Below, one piece after another: positions 11,458-24,184 of a stretch of DNA of 64,000 nucleotides. Within the stretch, counting starts at the first letter, position 1. Each line of letters starts with the position of its first letter. This DNA is from the human T2T-CHM13v2.0 reference genome, Homo sapiens. Under the pieces are notes generated by a model, which was given only the letters and a program-made list of their open reading frames with translations, ran no database searches and was not told where the DNA came from. The stretch is taken from assembly GCF_009914755.1 (NCBI RefSeq), contig NC_060944.1. One strand, given 5' to 3'. Made by a program: the position numbers and the translations under genes.

Positions 11458-12350
11458 TCTCAAAAATCAAATCAGATCAAGTTAGAATTTTAAGAATTTA
11501 TTGGGCATATAAAGAACAGTTTGTGTTTTGTTTTGTTTGTTCGGTTGGTTTTGATTTTTTTTCCTGGAGAAAGGTTAGTGGCTCCCAGAGAGTCTAGGGC
11601 AAAAGGCTAGTAGGGCCTGATCTAGGAAAGACTTCTTGACATTTACTTGAGAGGGGCATGCAAAGGTAAATCAAACCATTTTTTTACACAGTTTTAGGGC
11701 TACTTAGTTTTTCTTTTAAGATTTTCTTTAAACGTCTGCATAAAGGTTTTATTTATGTTTTAATTGACTAATAAAAATTACATATATTTGTTGTTTACAA
11801 TATGATGTCTTGAAATATCTTTACATTGTAGAATGGGTTAATCAAGCTAAGGAATGCATACATTACCACACATACTTATTTATTATGGTGAGAACACTTA
11901 AAATTTACTCTCAACTTTCAAGAATACAACATATTGTTAGTAACTATAGTCACCATGTTGTAATGTACAATAGGTCAAAAAAAAAGAGAACAGTTCATGA
12001 ATTGGGAGACTTTGACATGGAAACATGACATGAGTCTCAATATTACAACAATTACAGTACAGCTTGTAGAACATATAGAAGGAAGGATTTTGATCTTTTT
12101 TCATGATTGGTTATATCATTTTTGAAGGCCATTAGGGCTGTTTAAGCTCATTTCTCTGTAGCTGTATTGGTTTAGTTACACTGAATCATGTTAGTAAAGG
12201 ACTAAAAGCTTACGTTTGTGTTTTGTTTACATTTCACGTTAGCCTTTCAGGGAAATCAGGATGATATAAGTTTTGGTTACTTGACTATAGGCAGTTGGCC
12301 TTGGGGTAGGTAAATGGTGGCCTTCATTTTTATTTATTTATTTATTAACA
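11458..12350 (-). mobile_element. ERV1 solo LTR (MER67-like), interrupted at ~11522-11986
   Basis: Minus strand starts TGTTAATAAAT...GAAGGCCACC...CCCCAAGGCCAACTGCCTATAG and has AATAAA near its 3' end. Near-perfect 4-bp TSD GTAT (11454-11457) / GTAC (12351-12354). Family name tentative. Confidence 0.6.
11748..11976 (-). mobile_element. L1MA-type 3' end fragment
   Basis: ttaattgactaataaaaattacatatatttg..tacaatatgatg ... gtgagaacacttaaaatttactctc ... taactatagtcaccatgttgta is the characteristic L1MA 3'UTR in reverse. Confidence 0.8.
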
Positions 12351-12819
12351 GTACCCTCTCTTTTTCAGGTGAGCTAAACTATTTATCCAAGCAATGCTTA
12401 TTTCTCCCTATCTGCCTCTCTCTTCTCTTCTCCTCGCTAAACACAGACACAAACCCCAATTAGACTGTAATATTACGGTATAGTTTTGATTCTACCCATC
12501 GTGACTTATGAGACATTGCTTAAATACACGCTCTTATTTTTTATTCATCCAAATCTCCTCATCCAGCTTTTCACCCATGTTTTTCTTCATATGCTGATGA
12601 ATTCCTTTCCCAGAGAATCTAGCCAATTCTTTTGAGGCTGGCTGCTAGCTCCCTCCCCAAGGCCTCCACTTCAAAGTGCCCTGCTGCCATAGCGGAACCA
12701 CCAACAATCTTTTTCAAAACAACCTGGATTTTTTTTTTTCTCCTTAGGTCTGGGTATCAATCAGACACAGAGGAGCTGATGAGAACTGGTAACCTAAAAC
12801 AGGATGCTAAGAAGCATCA

Positions 12820-13060
12820 CTGACATTTATCTGGGCCTTAATGTGTGGCAGGAATTTTTCTAAGGACTTTTCCTTATGTGATTTCATTTAATCATCTGAA
12901 TAACTCCATAAAGTATTATTATTATTATCCTCATTTTTCAGATGAAGAAACAGGCCTAGGGGGGTAAGTTACTTGCCTAACGTCTTTTAGTACAAGATGG
13001 GGCTTGGATTATGAACACAGAGGATCAGCCTCCAGAATTTCAGTTCTTAAGCACTCTGCC
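12820..13060 (-). mobile_element. MIR (MIRb-like) SINE
   Basis: tcatttaatc ... tattattatcctcatttttcagatgaagaaacaggc..ag..gggtaagttacttgcc. Confidence 0.75.
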
Positions 13061-14304
13061 AAATGGTGCATTATACAAGTAGGTACACACCCCTATTTTC
13101 AAACCTTGACTGGAAACACAAGCATTATGGTTCATTTTAAAATACAATGTTAACTTTTCAGTTTATAAGCATGATGTTCACAATTTAGATGATACACTTT
13201 GGAATGGTACACTCTGTATATTTGGGACATTTCATTTGGCAGCCACTGAAGCTTGTTAATATCAACAACTGGCTTCATTGGCTCCTTCAAATAAACCCGT
13301 TTAATCTATTATAGCTGGCCTCTAGCAAATATGCCATAAGTAGAAATAAATTTTGAGTTAAAGAATATTCACCGTGATTAGAAGCTCAAAAGAAGTATTT
13401 TAAATGTGTGTGTCTGTATTTGGGTATGTATAAATAGATAGGTAGATAGACAGATGGGTACATGATAGATACCTTTGAAAACCTTTTTCAGTTATGAAAG
13501 CATTTAGTATATAGTGTTAATAGAATTTTATCTATCATAGGTTAGGTGTATTCTGATGTTCAGTTTATGTTTTTAAAATAATTTGGCAGAAATAAAAGTA
13601 TTGACAGGTGGATTGCCACTTTGGCAATTTTCACTCTAAGACATCAATCGACAAAGCACCAAACAGCAAAACATATTACTCATTGACTGGTAAGTCATAA
13701 GCCCCAGAGGCTGTTGATCATCCTGGATGCTGGATGCTTGCCTACTGTAGGACAGATGGAAGAACTGGCTGCTAAATCGTTTCTAGCACTTGACGCCCAG
13801 CATGATTGGGGATCCTGAGCACTGCTGGAAAAATATTTCTCTAGTAACTTATCTTGTGCTTATCAGTGAATTTGCAAGCCCAAGAGAGATCTGTTTTGTT
13901 GAGATGGCTTCTGAACAAGTCAAACTCATGTTTCCAAGCCAATTTCTAATACTACACTTGTTATTGGATATTACTTGAACCAGTTTCTGTTTATGGAACA
14001 CTTAGAAAATTTAATTGGAAATATTCATTTTGTGATTCAAAGATTATTTATTGTACTTTTGCTGGAAAGGCTGAAGGTAAAAGTATGGCTACATATCATT
14101 TGGCCTGATTTTATGATTCAAAACCAAAAAAAGAATATGTCCTGTAATATCTTTTCCATTGCAATGTAGTTTTAATAATGCTGCAGTGAGTGGATTATTG
14201 ACCAACATTTCCTAGTCCTGGAGCCACAGAGAGAAATAAGTCATGTAGGAAAGCCAGCATGGCCTCACTGGCTCCCATTATCTTGATTAGTAAGGTAGGA
14301 TTGA

Positions 14305-14709
<405 letters not shown>

Positions 14710-15137
14710 GTCAACTTTTCTTTTTAACTCTCCTTTGAATAGACCTAACCCACATTGTTGTGTTGAATTTTGATGATCAACAGTACTCTGCTCGGGCTTC
14801 CTGGATCCAGAGCCCTGCAAGAGATAAAGTAGCAACAGGTAATTACTTGGTGAACAGGAGATATTGAAATTGAATCAAATGTCCTAGAGCTCTTTCCGCC
14901 AGACTAACCTATCCCCAGCTTACTATGGAACACACATAGACTTTGGCTTTTAGCACCCTTCCGATGCAGTGCCTTTCTTCCCTGATTGCACTGTATAAAA
15001 GCTACAAATCATGCTTCTCTGTCTACACTCCACCCCGCAAACACACACTTTTTTTTTTTTGCCCTCCATGCTTACTATTCTCCTTCTGTTCACATGGTCT
15101 TTCTTCAAAATACAGTTATTTATTTATATATGGTAAA

Positions 15138-15230
15138 TTTTTTGTAAAGATAGGGTCTCATTATGTTGCCCAGGCTGGTCTCAAACTCCTGGGCTCAAGC
15201 AATCCTCCTGCCTTGGCCTCCCAAAAAGCA
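15138..15230 (-). mobile_element. FLAM/AluJ left-monomer fragment
   Basis: gatagggtctcattatgttgcccaggctggtctcaaactcctgggctcaagcaatcctcctgccttggcctcccaaa. Confidence 0.85.
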
Positions 15231-16041
15231 TAAAATTATTTTGAATAGAGAGTTGGGAATGAAAGGAATTCTTGGATTTTAAGTTTATAGTATTTGGGCT
15301 TCTTCTATAAATAGCTGATCCCATATATTATGGAAAGAGAGGTTACTTGTTTTATTCTGTAATGATGCATAGACGAACACCACACCGGACCCATTTCACA
15401 AAGCACGTCCTGCAAAAACCCTCACATCCACACTCATTCATATTTTCTTTGGTACATAAAACGGTTAGAAAGTATTGACAAGTAGTTTTCACATTTTGAT
15501 TATGTGATTTGCTCTTTGTAACTTTTTTTTATTATTGCTCACAAAATAATTAAACACATTCCTATTCATGCAGACACCATTATCAATTCATGTTAGATTA
15601 AATAATTTTAAAATTAATTAACTTATTAACAAAATAATATTATAGTATCTTATGAATTGCCTAGATATGGCATTGTTTTGATAAGCCAAAGACTACCCCA
15701 TGATAACATGTATTTAGGAGCAACCAAGAGAAGAATATAGGAAGTCTCCAGAGAATTCTATATACTTGGGCTTAACTATGGTCAAAGTATTGCCCTGAGG
15801 CCACTTTTAAAGCACATTTCTGATTCAAATAATGGTTTTGACATATGTTAAGGAAAATGTTGGCAACAAATCTAGAGATGAATTGAAGACTTATTCACTT
15901 TACAAAAATATTTCTTCAACATGCAAAAGCATACACCTCTGGAAGTCTATATTTCAGCTTTCCCTAGTATTGACTAGTAGATTCTTACTGAGAAAAAAAA
16001 TGAAAGAAGTAAAAGTAGATACATTTAAAATTAAGGCATTA

Positions 16042-16358
16042 AGACTATGCATGGTGGCTCATGCCTGTAATCCCAGCTATTAAGGAAGCCAAGGAGAGAG
16101 AATGGCTTGAGGCCAGGAGTTCAAGACCAGCCTAGACAACATGGCAACAACCTGTCTCTACAAAAATTTTTTAAAAAATTAGCTAGGTGCGGTGGTGTGC
16201 ACTTGTAATCTTACCTATTTGGGAAGCTGAGGCAGGAGAATAATTTAAGCCTAGGAGTTTGAGGCTGCAGTGAGCTTTGATCACACCACTGTACTTCAGC
16301 CTGGGCAACAAAGCGAGACCCTGCCCCTGAAAAAAACCCAGTAATAGGAAAAAAAATA
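16042..16358 (+). mobile_element. AluJ, full length
   Basis: Dimeric Alu with J-type diagnostics (gaggccaggagttcaagaccagcc; ggagtttgaggctgcagtgagc). TSD aattaaggcat at 16029-16039 and 16360-16370. Confidence 0.93.
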
Positions 16359-17249
16359 CAATTAAGGCATCAAAAGTGATTGATAGTTTAACATGCCTTT
16401 AACCTAAAAGTAAAAAATCTATTACATTATAATGTAAATCAATAGAAACATGTCATATAATTTACAAAATGTTGGTGAACATACACCCTTTTGAGACACA
16501 TGTTTTCTGCAGATCAACGCAAGTTGCACAGGTATAACTACTGACAAATGGCCTCCAGAAGTTAGAGCAGGCATTGTTAATTTAGGGCTATATGGGTTCC
16601 AAGAGTCCCAGCCAATGTCAGACTAGGATCGGTCAACTCCTGGAGTTACGACTTGGCTTGTATTTTGACATTTTTTGTGTTCATTAGTTGGAGGATTTGG
16701 GTGGCAGTAGGAATGGAATCTCTAGGGTCAGCATCCCTGTAGTAGGAATTTGAGTCTGAAGGAATCCTTGAATGGATATCAGTGGATCTATAAAAACTTT
16801 AAAATCACGGACAAAAATGTATGGGATGGGGACAAGCCAATAATATGGTTTAAATATTTCTAATCTTTTATTTTCTGGTCAGGGAAGGTCTTTTATTAGC
16901 TTCTGTTAGATTACGACCAAGGATACTCGATTGAATTGCAAATACCAGAGGACTAAATTACTGTAATATAGTAAAAATGTGACTTAAAACATTAAATGGA
17001 TTAAGGAGAAAGCAAGAAAAGAGTGAAAGTGGGGAGGGGAGTTTTCGGAGGGGTGGAACTTCATTGGTGGTACGGGAATATATGTGACCTTATTATGGAA
17101 ATATTCTCTATCACACACCCACCTTGAATCTGTGTGAAGAGCAGAGGGCGCTTTGCTTTACTATTATCTTTTTTGCTGTGCGATTTCCACCGTATCACTT
17201 AATATCTTCCAGTTGTTTCTTCATTTGTGTTCCTTGTGTTTTGCTACTG

Positions 17250-17325
17250 ACCTCCCTTGGAGGGATGTTGTAAGGCATAAATCATTAATGATTATAAAGT
17301 GCTTTGGAAATAGAAAGTATTGCTT
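17250..17325 (+). mobile_element. Ancient CORE-SINE (MIR/MIR1_Amn-like) 3' fragment
   Basis: gagggatgttgtaaggcataaatcattaatgattataaagtgctttggaaat resembles the MIR-family 3' segment. Confidence 0.45.
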
Positions 17326-19147
17326 CAGTGATAGCCCAGATGCACCTAGGAATTGCAGCATGAACAGTACAAAGCAAAAGGCATGTTGTCAGAATTCCTT
17401 TTGGGGCTCCGGATCAGCCAGGCCTTCCGCTCACATCAGGGTGAATTAGGGCCATGAATCTGAAAGTACATCTGATACTGCTTGGCTTGTACGTGCTCTT
17501 GTTACAACATTATTTTGACATTTTTTGTGTTCATTTGTTGGAGGACTTTAAACCCTTTTCTAACCAAAGGAAACCAAAGTGCCTACTGCAAGCATTTTTC
17601 AAAGATGGTGTCACTCTGATTGAGGATAAAAAATTGATCTACTAAATAAAAATGTTGGAATGGCATGTTTATCTTACTTGTTTGGCCAGATATAAGTAAG
17701 GCAGTGATTCAGAAGAAGGCTTCATTAGAATGCACCATTTATCTAATACTTTGACAGTCAGTGATATCTTCTCTCTCCCTCTGCTGTCTCTCTTTATGAA
17801 ACCAAACACTGACCTGTCTTTAGCCTACAATATCAGATACAAGAAAACAGAGACCAATGGAAGTAAATAATCCATCAAGTTAGTGTTAAAGATAAGACTA
17901 GAAACTGGGTGTTTCATCTCCCAGTTCAGTACTTCTATATATCTGAGTATTCTTTGATCATTTCTAAGAAGATACCAAGCAGCTTTAATCAAACATTCAT
18001 CCTTCCTAAAAGGACCTGAGATTTTTATTCAAAGATTCCAGAATACCAGTTATTCATAAAGCTGCCTGTCCATGCATTTAGAGTGTGATAGAGATCAACT
18101 GTAACATCCGTCATGTTACTACACTCCAAGATTGATTTCTGTGGTCTACTTGGTTTGATGGAAAGTCCCTTCTTCCCTTACAGTCTACATATCTCCTTTA
18201 AATATGACTTTTATAGATCGAGGTGAATACATGATTAACTACATTTTCCTCCTATTCATTTATCTATGTATAGAAAAATGTGAGAAAGGAGCAGGAATCT
18301 AAATAAACTCCTAAATTTTCAGTCGTTGAGGTATGCACAGTTCAAAAGAGATACTTGTAGACTAAATTATCCAGATGATAGTAAAAATTCCCTATTTTAC
18401 ATTCCAGATGCAGATCCAGCCTCAGTGATGAATACCTAAATATAATTCCCAGTCCTTTTATTTCTTATCTTTCTCCCCAAGGAACAGGCTCTTCCTCCTA
18501 CTTTGGAGGCTCTTCTCTCTAATCGTTTTACTAGTTCATGCTCTTTTCTCCTTGGTACTGTCCAATCTATATACTCTGTTAGATTAGACCATCCCAACTG
18601 AGAAAGCACAGTGGGATGGAGAAGGGAGAAGGCATGGTTCATTTTTGTATGGACAGTTCTGAGTGATTGGTAGGGCCAGAAAAAGCTCTTCTGTGCTACA
18701 GGCTTAGGGACAAACAAACACTATGATTGTTAAAAGATGTTAAATAGAGCAATCAGGGGTTTGACCGCTCAAATGTAGCTGCAACCAGGACCAATTTGAT
18801 GTGAGCTCTGAGGCCCAGTTTTTTTCGTATAGAAACAATTATTTTTTTTTATGTTCTCCCAGAGAACATCAGCCTTGAAAACCTGTTTGTGCTAACCAGA
18901 CTCACAGAGGACTGATTTCTGAATGTGAGTGCCACTTTATTCAACTGTAATGCCACTAATCTAGTTTTGCAGCCACCATGGCCCTGCCTTTTCACACTTT
19001 CTTGGTGTTAATGGATCCAAGATGTAGAATTAGTGACTAGAAGATAAGTAGCCATAGAAAAAGAATTGGAACAGTTAGTGAGTTATTCAATCTGACCTGT
19101 AATAGAGCCTAGAAAATTATTCCTATTCCTCTCTGATTGCCCCCTTA

Positions 19148-19517
19148 TGTCTTAGTTGGTCAGGCTGCTGTAACAAACTACCATGAACTGAGTGGCTTAT
19201 GAACAACAGAAATGTATTCATCACAGTTCCAGAGGCTGGAAGCCTGAGATTAGGGTGCTGGCGTGGTTGAACTCTGGTGAGAGCTCTTTTCTGAGTTGCA
19301 GACTGCTCTCTTGTATCATCACAAAGTGGAGAACAGAGGGATGGAGAGCTTTCTCTGGGGTCTCTTTTATAAGAACATTAATTAATGAGAGCTCTATCCT
19401 TATGGCCTTGTCTAATCTTGATTACCGCCGAAAGGGCCCGCCTTCTAATGCCATCACGTTAGGGGAAGGGTTTCAACATATGAATTTTGGGATGACATAG
19501 TTATTTAGGCTGTAACA
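19148..19517 (-). mobile_element. MLT1A-type MaLR solo LTR
   Basis: tgtcttagt..caggctgctgtaacaaactacca ... gggtttcaacatatgaattttggg ... taaca. Perfect 5-bp TSD cctta at 19143-19147 and 19518-19522. Confidence 0.9.
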
Positions 19518-19544
19518 CCTTATAATTAACTGAACCATGTGTGT

Positions 19545-19650
19545 TCATTCATTTAATATGGGTTTACTATACTTCTCTTATGTGCCAATTACTGTCCTAG
19601 GTTCTTGTATTTATCAGTGAACAAAATAGACAATGATCTCTGATTTTAAT
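19545..19650 (-). mobile_element. L2 3' end
   Basis: ttcattcatttaa ... tatgtgccaattactgtcctaggt ... cagtgaacaaaatagac. Confidence 0.65.
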
Positions 19651-19821
19651 TGTCTGTATCCAGCAGCCCATGCTGTAAGAGTATTAGAATATTAGTTCCA
19701 TTAGGGATAGGACCAGCATAATGGATATTGGGCACACTCCTGTTAGTTTCATGAATGAATCAAGGCTGGCTCCTACTGGCCAAATCTGTGCCCTTTGACA
19801 TTTCATTTCCAGGCTGTATAT

Positions 19822-20031
19822 CAGTGCTATTCAATAGATTATTCAGTGATAATGGAAATAGTCTCTGTGCTGTCCAATATGGTAGCCACTGGAAATATGT
19901 GGCTTTGAGAACTTTAAATGTGGCTAACGCGACTGAGGAATTACATTTTAAACTTTACTTAACTTTAATTAATTGAAATGTAAATTGAATTAGCTACACA
20001 GAGCTAGTGGCCATTGTACTGGAAGGTGCAG
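19822..20031 (+). mobile_element. MER3 hAT-Charlie fossil
   Basis: gtgctgtccaatatggtagccactgg..atatgtggct..tgag..actttaaatgtggcta..gcgactgaggaa ... gctagtggccattgtactgga. Confidence 0.8.
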
Positions 20032-20380
20032 TCCTGGCTGATCCACAGCGCCCCAGTGTCTCTGTGAGATTAGAGACTGCTGCTTTTGAAAAGTTGCTGC
20101 TCAGAAGACAGTGCAATGGACCATTCTGGTTGTTTAGGCATCCAGAAACCAGACTGTTCCTATGTCAATGAGTAGGAGCACTTGCTTATAATAAATAGGA
20201 AGTTGCATAGCCAAGTAGGGAGACCTAGATTCCTGGAGATGATGTCAATAGGTGGCCACTTATGCAGATGTTTACTACTTAGGAGATCTTCAAGGGCTCC
20301 TAATGGGATTTCAGCTGTTTGGGAGGTCTGAAAAGATGCCATACATAATCAGAGGTCACGAGGCCTGGCCTAAGGTAAAA

Positions 20381-20513
20381 ATTTTTTTTTTTTTTAAACA
20401 GGCCACAGTGCAGTGGCATAATCATAGCTTGCTCACTGCATCCTCAAACTTCTGGGCTCAAGCAATCCTCCAGCCTCAGCCACCCAAAGTGCTGAAATTA
20501 TAGGCATGAACCA
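20381..20513 (-). mobile_element. Alu monomer (FLAM/FRAM-like)
   Basis: Poly-T then gtgcagtggcataatcatagc..tcactgcatcctcaaacttctgggctcaagcaatcctcc..cccaaagtgctg. Confidence 0.8.
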
Positions 20514-21899
20514 AAAGGTAGATATCTTTAAACACTAGGTTGGGTTTTGGGAGCAGAATTCCTGTTCCTGGAAAGACTGTTAAGAAGGAGGCAAGACCCT
20601 CATCTTTGAGAAATTGTGACGGGGTGGATTTTGAGCCCTGGGAACCCATGCAGGCAACTTCCCAGAGACTAGAACTGAGGGATCAGGAAAGAGGAAGATT
20701 TCCAGATAAAGGAACTTATTCTCAAAAGTATACAGTGAACAGCAGCGAAGTTCACATATTGTTGAGTCCAGTGAGCTGAACTAGGCTCTTTCCATTCTTC
20801 GTTCATAGAGCTGGCTGGGCTGGGACCTGGGAATCAGATTGTTCCATCTGTTGCCAGGGAAGGAATGTGTGTGCCGGGGGAAGGAGGAGGTCACAATGTG
20901 TTCTCTTTGTGTTTTTAGCAATTTGGTGTTTCTCCTTAAGGATATTTAGCAGAAGGACATCATTTCTTGAAAAACACTGCAATATAAAACATGTTATAAA
21001 TCCTATCAAGGTAGCTTATACCTTCAGAGGTTAATAGGTTAATTCTCTCCGTTTACGATGACTGTCCTAAGCTTTAGTTCCTTGACACCAACCACGGTGA
21101 AGTCCAGCAGAGATGGAAACCTGTAGTGTGCTGAGTCAGGAGATTCCAATGGGAGTATATTTAGTCTGAAATCTCTGGGGCTGAAAATTTAACATTCAAA
21201 GCAAGTAGGCAAAGCTGGCTTGGGTAGCTGAGTGCATGGTCAGGTGCTAGAGAGAAAAGCAGAGATTCAGTTTAGGAGAACCCTGAGAAGTTCATTCCAG
21301 TTCTTTCCTTGCTGCCTTCACAACTTTTTATTGGACCAGTTCTATGCCAGGTGACTCTGTACTGAGTCATTGTAAAGTCTTTCAAGGCTACAGGTAATTT
21401 GGAACTTGCAGCTCTCTACATACTTCAAATTATTTCTCAAAAATCTTTAGACTTAAATGAGTTCTTTTTCTCAATCTACCATTTATATAGCCTTATTGTC
21501 CAAGATCTTTAATGACCCTTGGCTTGAGTACCTTCACATAGCAAAGGATTCTGCTGGAGTATATGAGTTCCAAGGTATTTTTTTCTGATGAAAAATATCT
21601 ATCTTGGTTTTTACTTATTAGAAATGGAAATGTAAGCACTTTGTACTCACTATATAGGCCACTGGATAATCACCAGGTTGGTGCAGGTGTGAGGGTGAGT
21701 GTCAGAACCCCAGAGAACTGGTTATGTTTTGAGGATCCATATTCAGGAACATATAAATTTATATTGGGAAAATGTAAATCAAACCACTTGTACTGAATGC
21801 TTGACTACACTTTCCCATGGTACACATCATCATTTCCTTTTAAGACATGATCACTCCACTTAAAATTGTAAGCCATTCCTTCATGTAGTGGCATTCCCT

Positions 21900-22152
21900 G
21901 CCTCTCTTCTCTGTTTTCTCCAAGTTTTAATCACTTATAATATAATATGATATAATGTAATACAGTATAATATAAAATTCACTTCTTTTTAAAAAATTGT
22001 CTTATCACTCTTTATTAAAATGCAGTCTCCATGCAGAAAGGGATTTTTGTTTTTTCCACTAGTACATCTTCTAACTTCAACTGCTTCTGACACATAGTGG
22101 GCACACAATAATTAAGTGTTGAATGAAAGAATGAATAAGTGAGTGAATGAAT
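21900..22152 (+). mobile_element. L2a 3' end
   Basis: ctgacacatagtgggcacacaataa..tgttgaatgaaagaatgaataagtgagtgaatgaat terminal (TGAA)n-like tail. Confidence 0.7.
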
Positions 22153-22250
22153 TTTTTGGCTGATAGGAATATACAACATATAGATTCCAAGACATGAACC
22201 TTGTAGATGGCACCCTGTATGAGAATTTCTCAGGATTTTCCTTGCAAGTA

Positions 22251-22716
22251 TGTCAAAGACTACAACGTACTCACCAACCCCATTTCGCCTTCCTTCTGGG
22301 CATCCAACCACACAATCTTTCCATCTACCTCTACATTTGATGACACTATGTGATAGTGTTCTGGCCAATTACATGTGGATGCAAGTGATGGTTGCCACAT
22401 CCTGGCCTGACCATGAGAACCTGACTCCATGGTCCACCATGCTTCTCCTCTCCTATTAGGCTTGAATGAAGCTGAGACCCAGGGCATACTTACATCTCTG
22501 TGATGAAGGTGGCCAAGTGCACAAGAAGGAAGGTTCTGAGTCCCTGGGAAGAACCATCCAACCAGGAGCGCTGCCCCCTGCCTTGACACACACAATTGAG
22601 TTTTAGCATTAGCATTGTTGTAATAATGCAAGAGGTAAACTTGTACTGTATTAAGCCTCTGAAATTTGAGGTTTGATCTTTTCTAGCAGCAATTAATGTT
22701 TCCTTAACCTCCAGCA
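22251..22716 (+). mobile_element. Old MaLR LTR (MLT1J-like)
   Basis: gttctggccaat..atgtggatgcaagtgatg..tgccacatcctggcctg ... aaacttgtactgtattaagcctctgaaatttgagg. Confidence 0.65.
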
Positions 22717-22786
22717 TGAAATTTTCATGTTGATTAAAAGAAGAAATCAAGTTTTGGAAAAAACACTGCTAAAGAATATGAGTGTG

Positions 22787-23161
22787 TATATTAGTCTGTT
22801 CTCATGCTGCTAATAAAGACGTACTCAAAACTGGGTAATTTATAAAGGAAAGAGGTTTAATTGACTCACAGTTCCACATGGCTGGGGAGGCCTCACAATC
22901 ATGGCGGAAGGCAAAGGAGGAGCAAAATCACATCTTACATGGTGGGAAGCAAGAGAGAGCTTGTGCAGGGAAACTCCCTTTTATAAAACCATAAGATCTC
23001 GTGAGACTTATTCATTATCACGAGAACAGCACAGGAAAGACCTGCCCCCGTGTTTCAGTTACCTTCCACCAGGTAGGTAATTGAATTCCCACTACATGTG
23101 GGAATTATGGGAGCTACAATTCAAGATAAGATTTGGGCGGGGTCACAGCCAAACAATATCA
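22787..23161 (-). mobile_element. THE1B MaLR solo LTR
   Basis: tattagtctgttctcatgctgctaataaagac ... ggggaggcctcacaatcatggcggaaggcaaaggagg ... cacagccaaacaatatca. TSD gtgtg/ttgtg (4/5). Confidence 0.92.
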
Positions 23162-23748
23162 TTGTGTTACCGAAATAATCTCAGTGCCCTGGTCACAGCC
23201 CATTGTGTCAGTTTAAGGAAAAAAAGAATTAACTTTAAAATACAGAGAAAAAAACATTCTGCTTTTTCTAATCAGTTAACTGACATGCTTTCATTTTTAT
23301 TTTTTTAATGGGTTAATTTCCTTCACAGGACAGAAGCATTAGGCTCTGGAGAATTTTAGCATGCACCCAGATAATTTCTTTTTTAACTTGGCCTTCATAT
23401 TGCTTTCAGAAACCACCCAGTGCGTTGTGTTATAGGAATGTTTTAAACTCATGGAATGTTCGTGTCAACTCTTTCAAATCAAGTGTGCCCTCAAGAGAGA
23501 ACCAAAAATCATAATCTTTTTTCAGTGTATTTGCTAGAAATGTATCCTTTTTCATTCATCTGCTGGAGTTTTTTATATTTCTCTTTGATATAAGTAGTGT
23601 AACCTGTGGGCCATGTGTTATTACCTAGGTAAGCTGGCACACTGTTTTTGTGGGGACACTAATCTTTTACAGTTTTTTCTCTCCCATTAGTTTGAAATTT
23701 GTAGTTCTAGCAATATCTTTCTTGGAACACACATTAAGGAAAATTATG

Positions 23749-24184
<436 letters not shown>

